From positions 330,001 to 362,000 of the forward strand of contig NC_021219.1 of NCBI RefSeq assembly GCF_000392435.1: a stretch of DNA of 32,000 bases. The letters run 5' to 3'. The position numbers and the translations under genes are program-made. The notes under the pieces are model-generated. The model did no database searches. It was not told the DNA's origin and saw only the letters and a list, made by a program, of their open reading frames with translations. The stretch is from Candidatus Saccharimonas aalborgensis (GTDB taxonomy: Bacteria > Patescibacteriota > Saccharimonadia > Saccharimonadales > Saccharimonadaceae). Below, piece after piece: positions 27,526-32,000 of the stretch; position 1 is the first letter of the stretch; each line of letters opens with the position of its first letter.

Positions 27526-28506
27526 CTATTGTCGCTCCAGCATGCGATCAGTCTCATCGGCAATCTCATGACCAATAATCTCCTCGATCAGGTCTTCGAT
27601 AGTAACGATACCGATAATGTGATCGTCTTTTTCAACTGGTATCAGATGTGACCGCACTGAAAAGAAGTGCCGCAATAGCGTATCGAGCGCTGTTCGGCTA
27701 CCGACCATTTTTGTCTTGTGTAAACGAAACGCGTGAACCGGTAGCGGATTCTCATCAAAATCAACGTCTACCATGTCTTTCATAAGGAGTACGCCAAAAC
27801 AATGTGTTCGCTCGCGATCAAAAATAGGGATACGGCTATAGCCGTGCGCTTTGATATCGTCAACAGTATCAGCATCAAGGATTGCATCGTAGCGAAGCCA
27901 ATACACGTCCTTGATTGGTCTCATAATGTCTTTAATTTGCTTCTCGCTCATGAGCAGGGCACTCTTGATAATCTCTACCTCATCGTCGTCGAGCTCACTT
28001 GCCCCATCGTCAGCGTGCTCACCGATCAGAAGCCCAAGCTCATCCCTCGAATGAAGGTGAAGTTGTTCGTGACCCACCAATTTGTCCAAGAGCATCTGCA
28101 AAGGTTTTGAGACCGGGTACGTAAGCCAAATCGTAAACCACAAGAAGGGTGACAGAAACGAACAAAACTTGAGTGCGCGTTTCACGAAAATAGCTTGCGG
28201 CACAACCTCGCCAAAGATGACGATGAGAAGTGTGCTGACTATACCGGCAATCAATCCCCCTGTATGATGCTCGAGGATAAGAGCGCTCGTAGAAACAACG
28301 GCAACGTTAGCAAGCAAAATAGCAGATAAGGAAAGATGGCTGTTTTTCCTGAGCGGGTATACCCTCGCTGCGTCGACATTACCGAGCCGTCGTTTTCGAC
28401 CCAAGTCAGTCCGCGAAAGCGACATAAGCGCAATATTGAGTCCCGAGTAAATGCCCGAGAGACCAACAAGGAGTAATACCTCAAGAACGATGATGAACGT
28501 GTCCAT
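27526..28506 (-). CDS. CNNM/CorC (DUF21 + CBS pair) membrane protein
   Basis: GLNIALMSLSRTDL, FGEVVPQAIFVKRAL, VKSALLMSEKQIKDIMRP, and DDHIIGIVTIEDLIEEIIGHEIADETD. Confidence 0.9.
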   Translation of the reverse strand: MDTFIIVLEVLLLVGLSGIYSGLNIALMSLSRTDLGRKRRLGNVDAARVYPLRKNSHLSLSAILLANVAVVSTSALILEHHTGGLIAGIVSTLLIVIFGEVVPQAIFVKRALKFCSFLSPFLWFTIWLTYPVSKPLQMLLDKLVGHEQLHLHSRDELGLLIGEHADDGASELDDDEVEIIKSALLMSEKQIKDIMRPIKDVYWLRYDAILDADTVDDIKAHGYSRIPIFDRERTHCFGVLLMKDMVDVDFDENPLPVHAFRLHKTKMVGSRTALDTLLRHFFSVRSHLIPVEKDDHIIGIVTIEDLIEEIIGHEIADETDRMLERQ

Positions 28507-28589
28507 TTGTATAGTAATGAATTATACCATACATTGCCAATCAGCTCTATTCTTTTCCCATAGGCTCGCTTCATTATCTCTATACAAAC

Positions 28590-28615
28590 GTGAGGTGTTG
28601 CATGCAACACCTCAC
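28590..28615. terminator. Perfect 26-nt palindrome, likely dnaK terminator or regulatory hairpin
   Basis: GTGAGGTGTTGCATGCAACACCTCAC is fully self-complementary. It lies between the dnaK stop (28638) and the 28506 ORF start. Confidence 0.55.
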
Positions 28616-28637
28616 CCGACTATCTTTCACACAACAA

Positions 28638-30533
28638 CTACTTTTCGTCGACAACTTCGCCTTCGACTGGCTCTTCCTTGTTCGACTTCTTACTATCCGA
28701 AGATGTAGCCTCGTCCTCGTTTTTATCCTCAGCAGCTTGCTGATACATTTTGGCACCGATCGGCATGATAGCATCGTTCAAGGCTTTTGTTGCAGCCTCT
28801 AGTTCATCTTTATCGGTTGCTTCCTTGTGCTTTTCAGCCTCTGCGACAGCTTCCTCGATGGCTTTTTTGTCATCATCGGAAATCTTGTCTTTGAACTCAT
28901 CGGGCATTTTCTTCGCTTGGTAAATAGCGTTTTCAAGCTGATTTTTTGCGTCGATTGTCTCACGCTTTTTCTTATCTTCGTCAGCGTGCAATTCTGCCTC
29001 TTTTTGCGCCTTCTCGATATCTTCTTTGCTCATGTTACCGGAGTTTTGAATGGTGATGGACTGCTCTTTACCCGTGCCCTTGTCCTTTGCGGTGACATTA
29101 AGGATACCGTTGGCATCAATGTTGAAGGTAACTTCAATCTGTGGCATCCCGCGAGGTGCAGGTGCAATTCCATCGAGGATGAATCGTCCGAGACTCTTGT
29201 TGTCCTGAGCAAACTCCCGCTCACCCTGCAACACATGGATTTCTACCTGTGGCTGATTGTCGCTGGCTGTCGAGAATACCTCGCTCTTACTCGTTGGAAC
29301 TGTGGTATTTCGTTCGATCAACTTTGTTGACACCCCGCCCATGGTTTCAATACCGAGGCTAAGCGGTGTCACGTCGAGGAGTAGTACGTCCTTGACATCT
29401 CCGGCAAGAACTCCACCCTGAATAGCAGCTCCAATAGCGACCACTTCATCAGGATTAACACCCTGCATTGGGTCTTTACCAAATAGTTTTTTGACCCTCT
29501 CCACGACAGCGGGCATGCGAGTCATACCACCTACCATCACCACTTCATTAATATCACCCTTTGATAATTTGGCGTCTTTGAGAGCTTTTTCAACTGGCCC
29601 ATCAAGCCGATCAAGCAGTGAAGCCACAAGCTCTTCGAGCTTAGCACGGCTCAGCTTGAGCTCAAAGTGCTTTGGACCGTCAGCATCTGCCGTGATGAAT
29701 GGGATATTGACTTCGTACTCTGTGACAGTCGAGAGCTCTTTCTTGGCCTTCTCAGCCTCATCCTTGAGACGCTGCATTGCAGCGTTATCTTTGCGTAGAT
29801 CAATGCCGTCAGTCTTTTTAAATTCGTCGAGGAAGTAATTGACGATCGTGTTGTCGAAATCTTCACCCCCGAGGTGAGTATCACCGTTGGTTGACTTTAC
29901 TTCAAATACACCGTCACCGAGCTCGAGAATTGATACATCGAACGTACCGCCGCCGAGATCGAAGACGACAATCTTTTCTTCTTTACCTTTTTCGAGACCA
30001 TAGGCGAGTGCCGCTGCAGTTGGCTCGTTGATGATGCGCTTAACCTCAAGTCCGGCAATCTTGCCCGCGTCTTTCGTCGCCTGACGCTGTGAGTCGTCAA
30101 AATAAGCAGGAACGGTAATAACAGCCTCGGTGACTTTCTCGCCCAAAAATGCCTCGGCGTCTGCTTTAATCTTGCTAAGGATCATCGCCGAAACTTCTTC
30201 AGGAGTATACTCCTTGCCTGCCATTTTCACGCCAACACCACTTTGATGCTTCACAATCTCAAACGGCATGATATCAATGTCTTTTTGTACCTCCTTGTCG
30301 CTGAACTTGCGGCCAATCAGACGCTTGATACCGTAGATTGTATTCTTAGCATTCGTTACACGTTGACGTTGCGCGACTTGCCCTACAAGACGCTCACCAG
30401 ATTTATTAACTGCCACAACACTTGGTGTCGTACGATTACCTTCGGCGTTCGCAATAACCTCTGGTTTGCCAGCTACTAGGTAAGCAAACGCGCTGTTAGT
30501 TGTTCCAAGATCAATCCCTATAATTTTTCCCAT
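28638..30533 (-). CDS. dnaK: Chaperone DnaK
   Basis: [61 protein letters not shown], and a strong SD AGGAGG upstream. ORF opens at 30581. Confidence 0.98.
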   Translation of the reverse strand: MGKIIGIDLGTTNSAFAYLVAGKPEVIANAEGNRTTPSVVAVNKSGERLVGQVAQRQRVTNAKNTIYGIKRLIGRKFSDKEVQKDIDIMPFEIVKHQSGVGVKMAGKEYTPEEVSAMILSKIKADAEAFLGEKVTEAVITVPAYFDDSQRQATKDAGKIAGLEVKRIINEPTAAALAYGLEKGKEEKIVVFDLGGGTFDVSILELGDGVFEVKSTNGDTHLGGEDFDNTIVNYFLDEFKKTDGIDLRKDNAAMQRLKDEAEKAKKELSTVTEYEVNIPFITADADGPKHFELKLSRAKLEELVASLLDRLDGPVEKALKDAKLSKGDINEVVMVGGMTRMPAVVERVKKLFGKDPMQGVNPDEVVAIGAAIQGGVLAGDVKDVLLLDVTPLSLGIETMGGVSTKLIERNTTVPTSKSEVFSTASDNQPQVEIHVLQGEREFAQDNKSLGRFILDGIAPAPRGMPQIEVTFNIDANGILNVTAKDKGTGKEQSITIQNSGNMSKEDIEKAQKEAELHADEDKKKRETIDAKNQLENAIYQAKKMPDEFKDKISDDDKKAIEEAVAEAEKHKEATDKDELEAATKALNDAIMPIGAKMYQQAAEDKNEDEATSSDSKKSNKEEPVEGEVVDEK

Positions 30534-30574
30534 TTCGTGTTTTCCTCCTTTGTTACATAGCTTGTTCTGGTAAC

Positions 30575-30601
30575 TTAGCACTCCTCGCAGGATAGTGCTA
30601 A
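30575..30601. promoter_or_regulatory. Second CIRCE-like operator upstream of dnaK (17/18 arm positions)
   Basis: TTAGCACTC-ctcgcagga-TAGTGCTAA, with a single arm mismatch (T for G). Confidence 0.88.
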
Positions 30602-30612
30602 TTTATATCTCA

Positions 30613-30641
30613 ATCATAGTAAGTTAGCACTCTCATGTCAA
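30613..30641 (-). promoter_or_regulatory. dnaK promoter TTGACA-17-TATGAT
   Basis: Minus strand TTGACA (30641-30636), 17-nt spacer and TATGAT (30618-30613). Confidence 0.8.
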
Positions 30642-30650
30642 GAGTGCTAA
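30624..30650. promoter_or_regulatory. Perfect CIRCE operator upstream of dnaK
   Basis: TTAGCACTC-tcatgtcaa-GAGTGCTAA. Confidence 0.97.
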
Positions 30651-30684
30651 CATTGTGTTATTAACATCATTTTAGCTAAAGCTA

Positions 30685-31140
30685 TCACTGACGCGTGACT
30701 TTTACCATGGCGGGTCGGATGACACTATCTGCCAGCATATACCCAGCCTGAAGTTCAGCCGCGATAACTTCGTTCTCACCCTCTGCTTCATCAAACTGCA
30801 CTGCTTGATGAAAATGAGGGTTGAACTGCACACCGGGCGCAGCGTCTATGCGGGTAACACCCAGCTCCGCGAGAGTTGCACTGAGCTGCTTTGCCAGACC
30901 AACTACTCCCTGAACCCACTGGTTTTCAGAAAGCTCGCCTGGTGCATGCGAAATTGCCCGTTCAATCGTGTCAATAATGGGAAGGAGCTTGAGAACCATT
31001 TTCTCTTCCCCTCGCTCCATCATCTGCTGCTTCTCCATTTCGGCGCGTTTACGATAATTTTCAAAATCAGCGCGGGTACGCTGCAAGTCTCTCGTTAACT
31101 CAAGCAAATGATCTATCTCGTCAGTTTGCTTTTTTTTCAT
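30685..31140 (-). CDS. grpE: Nucleotide exchange factor GrpE
   Basis: RADFENYRKRAEMEKQQM, LLPIIDTIERAI, and VQFNPHFHQAVQFDE...QAGYMLADSVIRPAMVKV. Confidence 0.94.
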   Translation of the reverse strand: MKKKQTDEIDHLLELTRDLQRTRADFENYRKRAEMEKQQMMERGEEKMVLKLLPIIDTIERAISHAPGELSENQWVQGVVGLAKQLSATLAELGVTRIDAAPGVQFNPHFHQAVQFDEAEGENEVIAAELQAGYMLADSVIRPAMVKVTRQ

Positions 31141-31375
31141 TAGTTATCTCCTTTGCTTTGGCCAGTGTGTCGTGTTTGTGCTTGCCTTGTTGTGTACGAT
31201 GCGCATAAAAATAATACGTCAACGAGCCACTCACGCCAAATATCCCAAACATGATGCAAAAAATAACAAACGAGCGAACGTCACCACCGGTGATATCGAC
31301 GGAATACTTCAGTAGTAAACCGCCCGAAACAATAGCTACCACAAAACTCACAAGATAAAAATGATAACGACTCAT
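31121..31375 (-). CDS. Small two-TM protein between hrcA and grpE
   Basis: MSRYHFYLVSFVVAIVSGGLLLKYSVDITGGDVRSFVIFCIMFGIFGVSGSLTYYFYAHR... with a GGAGG SD upstream. It overlaps grpE by 20 nt. Confidence 0.7.
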   Translation of the reverse strand: MSRYHFYLVSFVVAIVSGGLLLKYSVDITGGDVRSFVIFCIMFGIFGVSGSLTYYFYAHRTQQGKHKHDTLAKAKEITNEKKAN

Positions 31376-31379
31376 TTTT

Positions 31380-32000
31380 TTATAATACCTCCTCCAGCAT
31401 TGCACCAGTTCGCTTCACGAGCTGCATGGTACGTGCATAGTTTTGCCTAGTCGGGCCAATAACACCGATATAGCTACGATCGCTATAGGGGGATCGAAAC
31501 TTACTAATAATCAATGTCGCGCCGCTTGTCTTACCAATTGGGTTCTCGCTCCCGATGAAAACATTTAGTGGCTGGTTGGGTGAAGCCTCTCGAAGCCAGG
31601 GCTCGATATTATCGAGCAAGCTTGCGATCTTCTGCACATGTCCCCCAACCAAAAACTCCGGCTGACTGAAGAGATTACTGATACCGTTCATGTACAGCTC
31701 ACTACCTATCGTTGCAAATCCTAAGTTCCCCGTAAGTTCCACTAGACTATCAACTGCACTGCGAATAGCCCTGTCGCTATGAGCAATCTGAGCGGTGACG
31801 TGGGCCTCAATCGCTCGTGTACTACGATCAATTCCGCTAGGCAACTCTGACATCTGTGCATCAGTGATGCTGTTAACATAAAGACGATAGCCCCTATCGG
31901 TCGGGATACGTCCCGCACTAGTATGCGGCGCCGTGATGAGCCCGAGATCTTCAAGCCGTGCCATTTCAGATCGAATAGTTGCGCTGCTGACTCCAAAGAG
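31380..32000 (-). CDS. hrcA: Heat-inducible transcription repressor HrcA (5' end outside window)
   Basis: The minus frame stays open to the window edge: [42 protein letters not shown] ... [11 protein letters not shown] ... IGSENP ... [19 protein letters not shown]. Confidence 0.95.
   Translation of the reverse strand, partial: LFGVSSATIRSEMARLEDLGLITAPHTSAGRIPTDRGYRLYVNSITDAQMSELPSGIDRSTRAIEAHVTAQIAHSDRAIRSAVDSLVELTGNLGFATIGSELYMNGISNLFSQPEFLVGGHVQKIASLLDNIEPWLREASPNQPLNVFIGSENPIGKTSGATLIISKFRSPYSDRSYIGVIGPTRQNYARTMQLVKRTGAMLEEVL

Noticed and set aside
28827-29330. 167-aa plus-strand ORF
   Set aside because: It lies fully antisense to dnaK, a highly constrained gene, and is best explained by codon bias on the opposite strand.
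1-32000. Alternative genetic code (UGA reassigned, as in some other CPR lineages)
   Set aside because: UGA is used as a normal stop at many gene ends, for example the ATGA overlaps at 2690, 7337, 23155 and 23583, and conserved proteins have no in-frame UGA.

Overview
The window has a gene content and style consistent with a Patescibacteria/CPR genome of Candidatus Saccharibacteria (TM7) type. That placement is inferred from protein character; no search was run. UGA is used as a normal stop. Coding density is very high and most products are recognisable. (1) A sortase C-terminal fragment, a Nudix hydrolase and RNase Y. (2) TsaB (short form) and TsaE. (3) A type IV pilus block pilB-pilC-pilM-pilN-pilO, followed by a small membrane protein and a PRC-barrel-like protein. 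(4) recA-recX, with a divergent prepilin-like gene. (5) A bacterial-PH-like membrane protein, ruvB, an unknown 150-aa ORF, ruvA, a class A PBP with a Cys-repeat tail, and ruvC. (6) A large secreted, membrane-anchored Cys-repeat protein. (7) A YebC family protein and a ComEC-like channel. (8) A degenerate or T-armless tRNA-like element, tRNA-Lys(TTT) and a strong bidirectional terminator. (9) A three-gene, ATGA-coupled operon of ATP-grasp ligase, RimK-associated protease-like protein and RimK-like ligase. (10) A heat-shock region (hrcA, TM protein, grpE, dnaK, dnaJ) with three CIRCE operators, plus an FAD-linked oxidase and a CNNM/CorC-like protein. The most notable observations are the two-ligase plus protease operon, the Cys-repeat surface proteins, promoter-embedded CIRCE sites next to an apparently shortened HrcA, repeated -10 boxes placed for leaderless transcripts, and the tRNA-like element without a T arm. 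I saw no CRISPR array, transposase or obvious phage or defence island.
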